From positions 4,000,001 through 4,064,000 of the forward strand of contig JASGHG010000001.1 of the NCBI GenBank assembly GCA_047602425.1: a DNA stretch of 64,000 nt, given 5' to 3'. Positions 1-15,561 of the stretch are shown here, in pieces; the first letter of the stretch is position 1, and every line of letters starts with the position of its first letter. Source of the DNA: Nibricoccus sp. GTDB taxonomy: Bacteria; Verrucomicrobiota; Verrucomicrobiia; Opitutales; Opitutaceae. The position numbers and the translations under genes were made by a program. The notes under the pieces are model-generated. The model was not told where the DNA came from. It worked only from the letters and a program-made list of their open reading frames with translations, and made no database searches.

Positions 1-927
1 TTCGCGAAAGTTGCCGGTGGCGACAAGTTCCTCCAGCGGGCGATTGCTGGCGGCGAGGAGGCGGACATCGACTTGGATTTCCTTGTTGGAGCCGAGGCGG
101 CGAATCTTCCCGTCCTCAACGGCGGTGAGAACCCTGGCCTGGGTCGAAGCGGCGAGCGTGCCGATTTCGTCGAGGAAAAGCGTACCGCCATCGGCGGCTT
201 CGAAAAGACCGATGCGGGCCTGGCGCGCGTCGGTGAAGGCACCGCGTTCATGACCGAATAATTCGGACTCGACTAAATTTTCCGGCAACGCGGCACAGTT
301 GACAGAGATGAAAGGCCGCTCGGCGCGCGGGCCCTGAGCGTGCAGCCAGCGGGCGATGGCGCTTTTGCCGGTGCCGGTTTCGCCCTCGATCAGGACGGCG
401 GGAAGCTGGCGTTCGAGGCGCCGGTCTGCGGCGAGGATCGTGTCGAGCTGAGTGCGGAGGCCGGCGAGACTCTGGCCGAAGAAAAGCTGGTCGGGTTTGG
501 CTCCGGAGCCGGTGGAACGGTGTTCGTCGCGGCGCTTGGCGTTGTGCTGAAGGCGGCAACGCGCGAACGCCAGCGGCAGGGCTTCTGGCTCAAAGGGCTT
601 GGTGAGGTAATCGCCCGCGCCGAGACGCATGGCCTCGACGGCTTTTTTCACGCCGCCGAAAGCGGTCATGACGACGACTCCGGTATTTTCCGAAAACGCA
701 CCCTCGCGCAGAAGGCTGAGCGAGTCGCCATCCGGCAGATGGAGATCGATCAGAGCGAAATCGAAACGCATTTCCCGCAACAGCCGGCGCGCCTCTTCGA
801 TATTGGCGGCTTCGGTGACCTCGGTTTTGAAGCCGCGCAGTTGGGCGGCGAGCCGCTTGCGCAACGAAGGGTCGTCCTCAAGCAGGAGAATTTCGCAACC
901 GGGGGAGAGCGGCGATGCGTCGGCCAT
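1..927 (-). CDS. Sigma-54-dependent response regulator (NtrC family, REC + AAA+); runs off the window start
   Basis: Manual translation from ATG at 927: MADASPLSPGCEILLLEDD...DLHLPDG...YLTKPF (receiver), GETGTGKS (Walker A), ESELFGHERGAFTDA, GTLFLDEIG. Not in the ORF track because no stop lies within the window. Confidence 0.92.
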   Translation of the reverse strand, partial: MADASPLSPGCEILLLEDDPSLRKRLAAQLRGFKTEVTEAANIEEARRLLREMRFDFALIDLHLPDGDSLSLLREGAFSENTGVVVMTAFGGVKKAVEAMRLGAGDYLTKPFEPEALPLAFARCRLQHNAKRRDEHRSTGSGAKPDQLFFGQSLAGLRTQLDTILAADRRLERQLPAVLIEGETGTGKSAIARWLHAQGPRAERPFISVNCAALPENLVESELFGHERGAFTDARQARIGLFEAADGGTLFLDEIGTLAASTQARVLTAVEDGKIRRLGSNKEIQVDVRLLAASNRPLEELVATGNFRE

Positions 928-1017
928 GACCGGATGATATGCCCGGAATGGCGGCGGGGGTTCAACACCAAACCGGTCTCAAGTGAGTGGTTTGGGTTCA
1001 GCGTCCGAGCTGCCGGT

Positions 1018-2085
1018 TCATTTGACGCCGCAGGCAAGCGCGAGGCGCATGAAGGCCCAGCCCAAAGACGCGGTAATTGGGAGCGTGAGCACCCAAGCCC
1101 AAACGATGCGGCCGACGATGCCCCACTTGACCGCGCTGAAACGTTTCACCGTTCCGACGCCCATGATGGATGTGGAGATGACGTGTGTCGTGGAAACAGG
1201 AATGCCGAAATGCGAAGCAGTGAGGATGACGGCGCCAGCGCTGGTTTCGGCGGCGAAGCCATGCACGGGCTGCAATTTCACCATCTTGTGGCCCATCGTA
1301 CGAATGATGCGCCAGCCGCCCCCGGCAGTACCGGCAGCCATGGTGAGCGCGCAGGCAGCGATCACCCAGTAAGGAATATCCTTGTCGCTTTGTTGGAGAA
1401 AGGACGCCCAGCCGGGGAGATCTTTAAGTACGCCGGCCTGGGTGCTGGTGAAAAGGGCGAGCGTGATGATGCCCATGGTTTTTTGAGCATCGTTGGAGCC
1501 GTGGCTGAGGCCCATCGCGCCGGCGCTGACCAGCTGAAGCTTTCCAAAGAATCCGTTGACGAAGCGAGGGGTGGACTTTTTCAGCAGAATATACAGCAGG
1601 CCCATAACCACTGCAGCCACGATAAAACCGAGAACTGGCGAGGTGACCATAGGCAGCACGACCTTGTACCAAAGGCCCACATGCTGGCCCTTTTCATTGG
1701 TTGAGGCCCAGATCAACACATGCCAGTTGCCCTTGGCGGTGGCAACCGCTGCGCCGCAAAGGCCGCCGATCAGGGCATGGCTTGAACTGGAGGGAAGTCC
1801 CCACCACCACGTCAGCAGATTCCAGACGATCGCGCCCAGCAGCGCGCATAACACCGTGATGGTTGTCACGGCGGCGGTTTCGACCAGGCCGGAACTGATG
1901 GTTTTGGCCACGCCGACGCCGATGAACGCGCCGGCGAGATTAGTTACGGCGGCAAGCAAGATCGCTTGGCGCGGCGTCAAAACCTTGGTGGAAACGACAG
2001 TCGCGATGGCGTTGGCGGCATCGTGAAAGCCGTTGATATACTCGAAGGCCAGCGCCACGAGGATGACGATGAGTAGGAGCTCCAT
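1018..2085 (-). CDS. pitA: Inorganic phosphate transporter (Pit/PHO4 family)
   Basis: NGFHDAANAIAT and HGSNDAQK signature motifs, GLPSSSSHALIG, PVSTTH; multiple TM helices. Confidence 0.93.
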   Translation of the reverse strand: MELLLIVILVALAFEYINGFHDAANAIATVVSTKVLTPRQAILLAAVTNLAGAFIGVGVAKTISSGLVETAAVTTITVLCALLGAIVWNLLTWWWGLPSSSSHALIGGLCGAAVATAKGNWHVLIWASTNEKGQHVGLWYKVVLPMVTSPVLGFIVAAVVMGLLYILLKKSTPRFVNGFFGKLQLVSAGAMGLSHGSNDAQKTMGIITLALFTSTQAGVLKDLPGWASFLQQSDKDIPYWVIAACALTMAAGTAGGGWRIIRTMGHKMVKLQPVHGFAAETSAGAVILTASHFGIPVSTTHVISTSIMGVGTVKRFSAVKWGIVGRIVWAWVLTLPITASLGWAFMRLALACGVK

Positions 2086-2098
2086 GGGTCGGCTCCGC

Positions 2099-2737
2099 TC
2101 AGGAGTATTTCAAAACGATTTGGAAAACGACGTTGCCGGCGTCGCGGCAGCGATCGACAGCCTTTTCAACCATTTCAAAGAGGTCCTGAAGAATGACTGT
2201 TTCCTTCGCATCGTAGGTGCCGTGATAAAGATCTCTGATGGCGGCGAGGAGTTGTTTGTCGGCTTCGCCTTCGGCGTATTGAAGTTTTTCGTTGGCTTCG
2301 CCGATTTGTTCGATGCGCGCTCCGTGACGAAGTTGTTTCACCATGAAAACGACCGATTCGGCGGCTTTGCCCAGCAGGTCGGCCATGCGGAGGAAGGCTT
2401 CGCGCGGCAACTTGCCGGGATAAATCGAGAGGCGTTCGACGAGTTTTTCGACGGTTTTCGGAATTCGGTAAAGGGCGAGGGAGAGCGCTTCGATGTCTTC
2501 GCGTTCGAGCGGAGTGACGAAGGTTTTGCAGAGTTCCTCGGTGATCTGGCTGGTGATCTTTTTGTCCTTCCGGCGGCTTTGAATGAAATCGTCAAGGTCG
2601 CCCGCGCTACGGTAAGACTCGATGCGTTGCAGGTAGCTGGAGAGGAGCTTCGTGCTGGTGAGAGCCTCTTCGGCGCTCGCTTCAAGCAGGTCGTAGAACT
2701 TCTGGTCTTTGCCGAATAGCTTGGGAATGGAGATCAT
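2099..2737 (-). CDS. DUF47 / PhoU-like phosphate transport regulator
   Basis: TFVTPLEREDI and EGEAD motifs; all-helical; directly upstream of pit, the usual pairing. Confidence 0.9.
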   Translation of the reverse strand: MISIPKLFGKDQKFYDLLEASAEEALTSTKLLSSYLQRIESYRSAGDLDDFIQSRRKDKKITSQITEELCKTFVTPLEREDIEALSLALYRIPKTVEKLVERLSIYPGKLPREAFLRMADLLGKAAESVVFMVKQLRHGARIEQIGEANEKLQYAEGEADKQLLAAIRDLYHGTYDAKETVILQDLFEMVEKAVDRCRDAGNVVFQIVLKYS

Positions 2738-2783
2738 ATGACCGACTGGCTAGAGGCGTTCGTAACCTTTGTGAAACGAATTC

Positions 2784-2812
2784 TGTGACAGACGTGTTAC
2801 ATTCGTGTGACG
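2784..2812 (-). promoter_or_regulatory. Pho-box-like tandem operator
   Basis: On the minus strand GTCAC / GTAAC / GTCAC at exact 11-bp period (plus-strand starts 2807, 2796, 2785), about 50 bp upstream of the DUF47-pit operon. Confidence 0.65.
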
Positions 2813-2881
2813 ATGGCGGCGGACGATGGAAATTTTGCAAACTTCACGAAATACGCCGCCATTTTTCGCCTCCGGCGAGCG

Positions 2882-3670
2882 TTAAGCCCGCTTACGCAAT
2901 TTGGCCCAGAAAAAACCGAGCCGCTCGTGAATGGCTTTGGTGGAGCGTTCGAGCGCGCCCATGTCCCAGGCAACGAAGAGCCCAATTTCTTCGCGATTGT
3001 CTCGCTCCATGAAATCGCTGGGTGCGGCAACGGGATTGAGGCCGGCTTTTTTGCACAAGGCCATGGCTCGCGGCATGTGCCAGGCGGAAGTGACGAGGAG
3101 AAAAGGCTGTGAACCAATTTCACGGAAAATCGCCTGGGCCTCGTCGTCGGTATCGCGAGTATTGTCGAACCGAACGATGCGGCCGGGAACGATCCCAAGC
3201 GATTGCGCGGATTCCGCGAGAATCTGCGCGTGGGAAAACTCAACCGGGCCGTTGTAACCCGAAACAACTAGTTTCGCCTCGGGCAAAAGGTGCGCGAGAC
3301 GGACGCCTTCCGTCAGGCGACCGAGAGCGGAAGGGCTGAGCTGGCTTAACCGCGAAAGTTTTTGCGAATCGCCGTGACCCCCGCCCAACACCACAATGAA
3401 ACGGCACGCGCGAGCGGCGGAAGGCAGGTCACTCGGAGAGCGCGCTTCGGGAATGGCGGCGTATTGATTTTCCAGCGGGGCGATCAGAAGGCGTGCGATG
3501 CCTTTGTTCGAAAAAACCGCCAACGCCAGTAGCGCGAGAGTGAGGAGCCCGCGACCGAGTTTTTGACGCCGCGTCCAGAACAGCAGAACGAGGCCCGCGA
3601 AGCCGACCAGCAACGTGAAGTAAAGAGGCAGAAACGGAATGGTGAGCGTTTTCTTCAACCAGAAGAGCAT
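2882..3670 (-). CDS. YdcF/ElyC (DUF218) family envelope protein
   Basis: Two N-terminal TM helices, IVVLGGG, RLTEG, LVVSG, TRDTDDEA, LLVTSAWHMPRA. Confidence 0.88.
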   Translation of the reverse strand: MLFWLKKTLTIPFLPLYFTLLVGFAGLVLLFWTRRQKLGRGLLTLALLALAVFSNKGIARLLIAPLENQYAAIPEARSPSDLPSAARACRFIVVLGGGHGDSQKLSRLSQLSPSALGRLTEGVRLAHLLPEAKLVVSGYNGPVEFSHAQILAESAQSLGIVPGRIVRFDNTRDTDDEAQAIFREIGSQPFLLVTSAWHMPRAMALCKKAGLNPVAAPSDFMERDNREEIGLFVAWDMGALERSTKAIHERLGFFWAKLRKRA

Positions 3671-3717
3671 GGCCGAAGTTGGTCAATGTCTCGGTGGATT
3701 GGCAACTGCAGTTGAGC

Positions 3718-3779
3718 GGAGGGCCGACCACGTCGGCCAGCTTGCATGGACCAACGGTCGACGTGGAAGTCGACCCTCC
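3718..3779. repeat. Inverted pair of GGAG-headed REP-like palindromes (REPIN-like)
   Basis: GGAG-GGCCGAC-CAC-GTCGGCC (3718-3738, +) and GGAG-GGTCGAC-TTCCAC-GTCGACC (3779-3756, -). Confidence 0.65.
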
Positions 3780-3803
3780 ACCTGATACCCACACGGAGTC
3801 GTG

Positions 3804-4553
3804 CTATCGCAGGGTGAGCTCGAAGCTGGGATCGGCGGATTCGGCGTTGTAAATGACCTCGAAATCCTGGATCTTTTGCTTGTAGCGGGTGGTTTCGTAA
3901 GGAGTGTAACTGAGTTCCTGAAGTTGTCCGGCCTTGGCATAGGCGTCGACGGTGTTTGCCGGGTAGGTTGGGTAAACTTTCACGATTTCGCCGTCGTATT
4001 CGATCTCGCATCTGCCAGCGCCGCGCCAGCGATTGGCCCAGCCTTCAATCAACTCCAAGCTGGCGAATGCGACTTTGATCGCGCCCGTGTTTTTTGCGGA
4101 AGCGACCAGGGGGTATTCGGTTTTAAAATACATTTCGGTGCGGACCTGCATTTCGGCGCGGGCGGAATTCAGCCGGTCGCGGCGGTTTGACTCCTCTTCG
4201 ATAGGTGCGCGTTCGTTGAGTTTGGCGGTTTCCTCACGTTGGGCTCGGAGCTTGAGGGAGCGCTGGTATTCGGCCTGTTCCAATTCGCGGGCTCGAACAC
4301 GGTCCTGCCGATTTTTTTCTTCGGCGACCTTGGCCGCCGCTTCATCAACAGGATGTTTGGCCTGCAATTCGGCAGGAAGAAGTGGTTTTGCGACCGAACA
4401 GAGCCCTGTTGCGTGCCTGAGGGTGACGGTGCGCGGGGTTTCCGAAACAATAATGGCGTCCTTGAACACCCGACCATCTGCCAGCGTAACATCGTCGGCG
4501 AAGACGGTGACGGAGGAAAGAATCGCGATCGGAAGAAGAAGGGCGAGTTTCAT
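3804..4553 (-). CDS. Secreted hypothetical protein with coiled-coil middle
   Basis: Signal peptide MKLALLLPIAILSSVTVFA/DD; N-terminal TLADGRVF...HATG...LLPAELQ module; charged helical region. Confidence 0.7.
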   Translation of the reverse strand: MKLALLLPIAILSSVTVFADDVTLADGRVFKDAIIVSETPRTVTLRHATGLCSVAKPLLPAELQAKHPVDEAAAKVAEEKNRQDRVRARELEQAEYQRSLKLRAQREETAKLNERAPIEEESNRRDRLNSARAEMQVRTEMYFKTEYPLVASAKNTGAIKVAFASLELIEGWANRWRGAGRCEIEYDGEIVKVYPTYPANTVDAYAKAGQLQELSYTPYETTRYKQKIQDFEVIYNAESADPSFELTLR

Positions 4554-4660
4554 AGTGGATGTCACGCCTGCGATATCCCCCAAGGGAAGCTGGTGCGCAT
4601 GAACAACCCTGCCACGAAGGCCCGGCCAGACAAGCTTTTTAGGCCTGAGAGATGGTATGG

Positions 4661-5116
4661 CTATTTTTTTGCGCGCTGAGGCGGAGGGACGATAACCACA
4701 GGGCAGGAGGCCTTGCGGAGGACGCCGTGGGTCGTGGTGCCGACAAGCAGATCGTAGAAGGCGTTATGACCATGCGAACCCATGACGATGTAGGCGGCGT
4801 CGAAAATTTTCGCCGCATCGAGGATCTCGGGCACGGGTGGACCGTTGACCTGGCGGGTTTCCACGAGGAGCTCGGAATGGCGGAGCCGGAGTCCCTCGGT
4901 GATTTCGGCGAGGCGTTTGGCGGAATGTTTTTCGCTGAGGGCGATGGCTTCCTGGAAGTTTTCGACCGCGAGGCCATAATCGCTGGTGAGCACAGGCGGT
5001 TGGACGACGTGGAGAAGGAGGATTTTGTTCTGCGTCACGCGCGCGAGGGTGCTGACCGCTTCGATCACGCCCTCCGTTGCGGTGGAAAAATCGATGGGTG
5101 CAAGGATCGTTTTCAT
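4661..5116 (-). CDS. Universal stress protein (USP)
   Basis: MKTILAPIDFS...LLHVV...IVMGSHGH...LVGTTT...ASCPVVIVP. Confidence 0.93.
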   Translation of the reverse strand: MKTILAPIDFSTATEGVIEAVSTLARVTQNKILLLHVVQPPVLTSDYGLAVENFQEAIALSEKHSAKRLAEITEGLRLRHSELLVETRQVNGPPVPEILDAAKIFDAAYIVMGSHGHNAFYDLLVGTTTHGVLRKASCPVVIVPPPQRAKK

Positions 5117-5254
5117 AGCGACTTCAGTTTATTCACGACCGCGGATTTCGCGAGGAAATTGAAGGTTGCTCCGGTTTTTCCCTTGGTTGGAAGAAGGGGT
5201 GAAAAAACCGCTTGCTTCCGCCGGGCGCATGCTACTTTCTGACCCTTCCTTGTT

Positions 5255-5331
<77 letters not shown>

Positions 5332-5467
5332 TTTTAAAAACCCCGGCGTGGAAACGACTTGTGGTATATTTTGATGACGTGGTCTCGACGGGTCGGGGAC
5401 TGGACTTGAATGTCGCGCATTTTCATTTGCGCATCCCGCTTCGGTACCCCCCTGAATTTCAGGTCCT

Positions 5468-5830
5468 GTGAAAAACCTACCCCTTTTTGTGTGCGTTGGA
5501 ATTGGTCTCTCCTTAGCCTTCCTTTGTCAGGCCGCAAAAGACGAGGGCAAAGTGGAAGCGGCCGATGTGGATAAAGCCTACGCATCGATCGAAAAAACTT
5601 TGGGAGACACTGAAGCCAAAAATGCAGTGTCCGAAGCGCGCAATTACTTGAGGGTGATCAGGCCGCAAAATAGCCGATTTGCTGGTATTGGCGCTGTAAG
5701 TTGGTTGCCCGATCCGGAGTTCGGCCGGAGTCACGTTGAAGGGCGACCATTCCAAAGAATGGCGATTACGACTGGAGTGGCAATCGTGCAAAGGTACAAG
5801 GCGAGCCACACCACGACTTGCACCCAGTAA
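5468..5830 (+). CDS. Putative secreted hypothetical protein, possibly a truncated remnant
   Basis: Signal-peptide-like N-terminus; the last 100 bp overlap the convergent ORF 5731-6066. Confidence 0.35.
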   Translation: MKNLPLFVCVGIGLSLAFLCQAAKDEGKVEAADVDKAYASIEKTLGDTEAKNAVSEARNYLRVIRPQNSRFAGIGAVSWLPDPEFGRSHVEGRPFQRMAITTGVAIVQRYKASHTTTCTQ

Positions 5831-6066
5831 CGTTGGGGATGGTCTCGACGGGTGAGCCGGCCCCAGTTGTCCTCGATTTGGCCGGTGGCGAGACTTTCGA
5901 TAAGCGTGAGAGTAACAACAAAAGCACTGCCGAGGATCGCTACGTGATAAGGCCAATATTTACAGGAGTAAATCAGACCAAACGTCGCTCCGAGTAATGG
6001 CGGCGCAAACGCTGGAATAAAAACGCGCGGTTTTTTCCAGATCAAATGAACAGGGGCAATCTTCAT
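5731..6066 (-). CDS. Small membrane hypothetical protein
   Basis: About 3 hydrophobic segments; TGQI...RRDHPQRYW motif. Confidence 0.55.
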   Translation of the reverse strand: MKIAPVHLIWKKPRVFIPAFAPPLLGATFGLIYSCKYWPYHVAILGSAFVVTLTLIESLATGQIEDNWGRLTRRDHPQRYWVQVVVWLALYLCTIATPVVIAILWNGRPST

Positions 6067-6102
6067 TGGGCGACGCGAGCGACGGCGAGATGATTTTTGC
6101 CA

Positions 6103-8559
6103 TCAACCGTTGCGGAAGGAGGGGAGTTGGCGGAGGCAGTTTTGCAGCGAGCGATAATCGAAGGGCTTTGACAGGAAGGCGGCGGGCTTGGCTTGGACGA
6201 AGCGCTCAAGCGTTAGTTTCTGCGAATAACCGCTCATGAGAATGATGGGGACCTCGGGGTTGAGGCGGTGCATTTCCTGGAAGGCTTGTTCACCGTCCAT
6301 GCGCGGCATGGTGAGATCGAGGATGACAAGGCGGAGATCGCGCGAATGTTTTTTGAAATATTCGAGTCCGTCGAGTCCATCGACCGCCATTTCGGTGGTG
6401 AAGCCGGAGACTTCGAGCGCCCGGGCGACGACGGTGCGAACGTCGGGCTCGTCGTCCACGATGAGGACGCGGCCGGAGCCTTTCCAAGTGCCGGAGAGGG
6501 AAATCGGCGGCGTGGTTTCGCGTGACGAATTGACGATTGCCGGGAAAAACAGGCGGAAAAGCGTGCCTTTGCCCTGAATGCTTTTGACCTGGATGGAGCC
6601 CCGGTGGGATTTGGCGATGCCGAGCACGGCGGCCAACCCGAGTCCATGTCCAGAGAATTTGGTACTAAAGAATGGTTCGAAAATCCGGGCGTAGACTTCC
6701 GGGGTCATGCCGCTGCCGTCGTCCTCGACTTCGAGCACGACATACTGGCCCGGCTCGGGAGTGCGGCCGTGGAAACGTGCAGAGACGCGGGTGTGGTCGA
6801 GGGTTTCTTCGCGGGTGCGGACGGTGATGGTGCCGGTATTGTCGCCGATGGCGTCGGAGGCATTCAGCACGAGATTCATCAGGATTTGCCGCATCTGGAT
6901 CGAATCGGCGGTGATCCGGGGAAGCGGGCGGGCCAGGTCGAGCGACAAGCTGCGTTTTTTTCCCGACGAAACGCGGAGGAGATGCGAGGTATCCTCGATG
7001 AGTTTGGAAAGATCGATTTCGCTGAACGCGAGGGGATTTTTGCCGGCGTAGGCGAGCATTTGCTGGCAAAGGGCTGCGGCGCGCTCGGTCGATTTCTCAA
7101 TTTTGTTAAGGGTTTGCTGAACTGGGGAATCTTCAGGGAGATCAAGCCGGGCGAGACTGGCATAACCGAGGAGCGGGGTAAGAAGATTGTTGAAATCGTG
7201 AGCGATGCCGCCGGCAAGTACGCCGAGACTTTCGAGTTTTTGGACCTGCTGGAGACGGCGTTCGCTTTCGAGGCGGTCGGCCTCGGCCTGTTTTTGGCGG
7301 GAAATATTACGCAGGACGAAGGAGAAAATGGCGGGACTTCCATTCGCCTCGCGATGGGCCTGAACGACGAAGGAAACGGGAATCTCAGCGCGGGCGCCGT
7401 CCAGAATAGTAAGTTCGCCATGCCAGGCGCCACTGGCCAGGGCGGTGGGGAGCGCGTCGGTCGCCAAGGTTTTGGCGGTGGCTATTGGTAGAAGGCCGGT
7501 GAGCAAATGTCCGCGCAAATTGACGAGCGGGCCTTTGCCGGCGAGGCGAAGCAGAGCGGTATTCGCGTAGAGGATCTCGAGTTTCTCGTCGGTGGTGATG
7601 ACGTAGTCGGTCGTGGCCTCGATGACTTGGAGGAGGCGTCCGGTTTCGGCCTGGCTGGTGACGAGATCGCGCTGGATTTTATTGCGGCGGGAGACAGCGG
7701 AACCGAGTCCCAAGCCGACGCAGGCAATCGCAAGTTCAAAGAAGAGAAAATGGACAACGAGGAGCGGCGTGCTTCCTCCGGAAAAGTGCAAGCCGATGAG
7801 GCCGGCCATGGTGATAAACAACGTGGCAAGCGTGGCACCCACGAGACCGTGGCAAAAACAAATCCAGATGAGCGGCAGGAAACAAAGATAGAACGGCGTG
7901 AATTGGCCGAAAGGCTTCCACGCAAAAACGAGGAAAAGGAATCCGATCAGCACGACGGTCTGCAGGGCGATCATACCCGCGGGCCAGCGGCTTTTACTGT
8001 TGAAAATGGGAACGCTTTCGCCGCGCAGCCATGGACCGGCGAAAACCATCAGCGGAGGTACAACGGTGAGCAGGCCGCTCACGTCGCCGACCCACCAATT
8101 GAGCACCGAGCCCCAATATTTGGCGGACTCGGTGACGCCGCCCATGACCAAAACAAAATTGCCGCCGAGCGCCATCGTCGCGGGCGAAATCATGACGACC
8201 GACGTGAAAATAATCGTGTTGCGAGTTTCCCCAGGAAGGAGGACGCCATTGAGAAAGCGGCGTGCGACCCAGGCAGCGGCGGCATAGTTGACCGTGTTGA
8301 AAGCCGCGAGGACCGCGGGCATCCACCAGACTTCAAATTCCGGCAAGGCGAGTGCGAGGCCCAGGTTCGCGATAAAAACGATGGGCATGTACCGCAAACC
8401 GAGCAGAACCAACAACGAGAGAGCGAGGCCGCAGGGTGGGTACCAGATCGAAATCCCCGGCGACACTTCGAAAAAGGTGGCCGTAAAATGGGAAACCACG
8501 CGCAGAATGACATAGGCCGCGCAGGCAATGTAAGGGGTGTTGCGTGTGTTCAATCCCAT
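6103..8559 (-). CDS. MASE1-PAS hybrid sensor histidine kinase with receiver
   Basis: MASE1-like TM region (IWYPPCGL, WWVGDVSG), PAS, H-box LAGGIAHDFNNLL, G-box GHGLGL, C-terminal REC (VDDE, DLTMP, KPF). Start placed at ATG 8559. Confidence 0.9.
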   Translation of the reverse strand: MGLNTRNTPYIACAAYVILRVVSHFTATFFEVSPGISIWYPPCGLALSLLVLLGLRYMPIVFIANLGLALALPEFEVWWMPAVLAAFNTVNYAAAAWVARRFLNGVLLPGETRNTIIFTSVVMISPATMALGGNFVLVMGGVTESAKYWGSVLNWWVGDVSGLLTVVPPLMVFAGPWLRGESVPIFNSKSRWPAGMIALQTVVLIGFLFLVFAWKPFGQFTPFYLCFLPLIWICFCHGLVGATLATLFITMAGLIGLHFSGGSTPLLVVHFLFFELAIACVGLGLGSAVSRRNKIQRDLVTSQAETGRLLQVIEATTDYVITTDEKLEILYANTALLRLAGKGPLVNLRGHLLTGLLPIATAKTLATDALPTALASGAWHGELTILDGARAEIPVSFVVQAHREANGSPAIFSFVLRNISRQKQAEADRLESERRLQQVQKLESLGVLAGGIAHDFNNLLTPLLGYASLARLDLPEDSPVQQTLNKIEKSTERAAALCQQMLAYAGKNPLAFSEIDLSKLIEDTSHLLRVSSGKKRSLSLDLARPLPRITADSIQMRQILMNLVLNASDAIGDNTGTITVRTREETLDHTRVSARFHGRTPEPGQYVVLEVEDDGSGMTPEVYARIFEPFFSTKFSGHGLGLAAVLGIAKSHRGSIQVKSIQGKGTLFRLFFPAIVNSSRETTPPISLSGTWKGSGRVLIVDDEPDVRTVVARALEVSGFTTEMAVDGLDGLEYFKKHSRDLRLVILDLTMPRMDGEQAFQEMHRLNPEVPIILMSGYSQKLTLERFVQAKPAAFLSKPFDYRSLQNCLRQLPSFRNG

Positions 8560-8647
8560 CAAGTTTGGATCAACCGGAAGGGTTAGAATCGCGCAACTCG
8601 CTGGCGAGATCAAGCGTAACCCGGAGTTTTCCGGGTGGTTTCTCGGG

Positions 8648-12742
<4,095 letters not shown>

Positions 12743-12764
12743 AGTGAAGGACTTCAATGCAAAG

Positions 12765-12791
12765 CTATCGGCCATTTCGCGGGAAAGTAGA
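12765..12791 (-). promoter_or_regulatory. Sigma-28-like promoter candidate
   Basis: Minus strand TCTACTTT-N11-GCCGATAG versus consensus TAAAGTTT-N11-GCCGATAA, 23 nt above ATG 12742. Confidence 0.4.
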
Positions 12792-12914
12792 GAAAAACTC
12801 TTGTTTTGGGAGAACTTTGCGACCGCCCAAATCATTTTTATGCGAACCATCGCTTTTGTTGATTCCGCAAAAGGATTGGCAAGTGCGGGGAGCGGGCATT
12901 GAACTGGGGCAGCC

Positions 12915-15400
<2,486 letters not shown>

Positions 15401-15441
15401 TCTGGCAAAAAAAAGGACCAGTCATCTACGTGGGAGAAACA

Positions 15442-15474
15442 AACAAAGTGTCACGTAATACATGACACTTTGTT
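15442..15474. repeat. 33-bp palindrome with TAATA core
   Basis: AACAAAGTGTCACG-TAATA-CATGACACTTTGTT; 14-bp arms with one mismatch. Confidence 0.8.
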
Positions 15475-15561
15475 ACAAACCAAAATCGCGGTGGCGTTGA
15501 ACCTGACGGTCCGGCGTTTCGCGTTGTTGCGGCACGGAGGATACGTTTTTCTTCTCCCCGC

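Noticed and set aside
225..260. GAFTDA instead of GAFTGA in the sigma-54 activator
   Set aside because: A common natural variant; not informative on its own.
340..1704. 454-aa plus-strand ORF and similar long ORFs (9074-11368, 25420-27432, 50000-51403, 21185-22546)
   Set aside because: Antisense shadows of clear genes in GC-rich DNA; no recognisable motifs.
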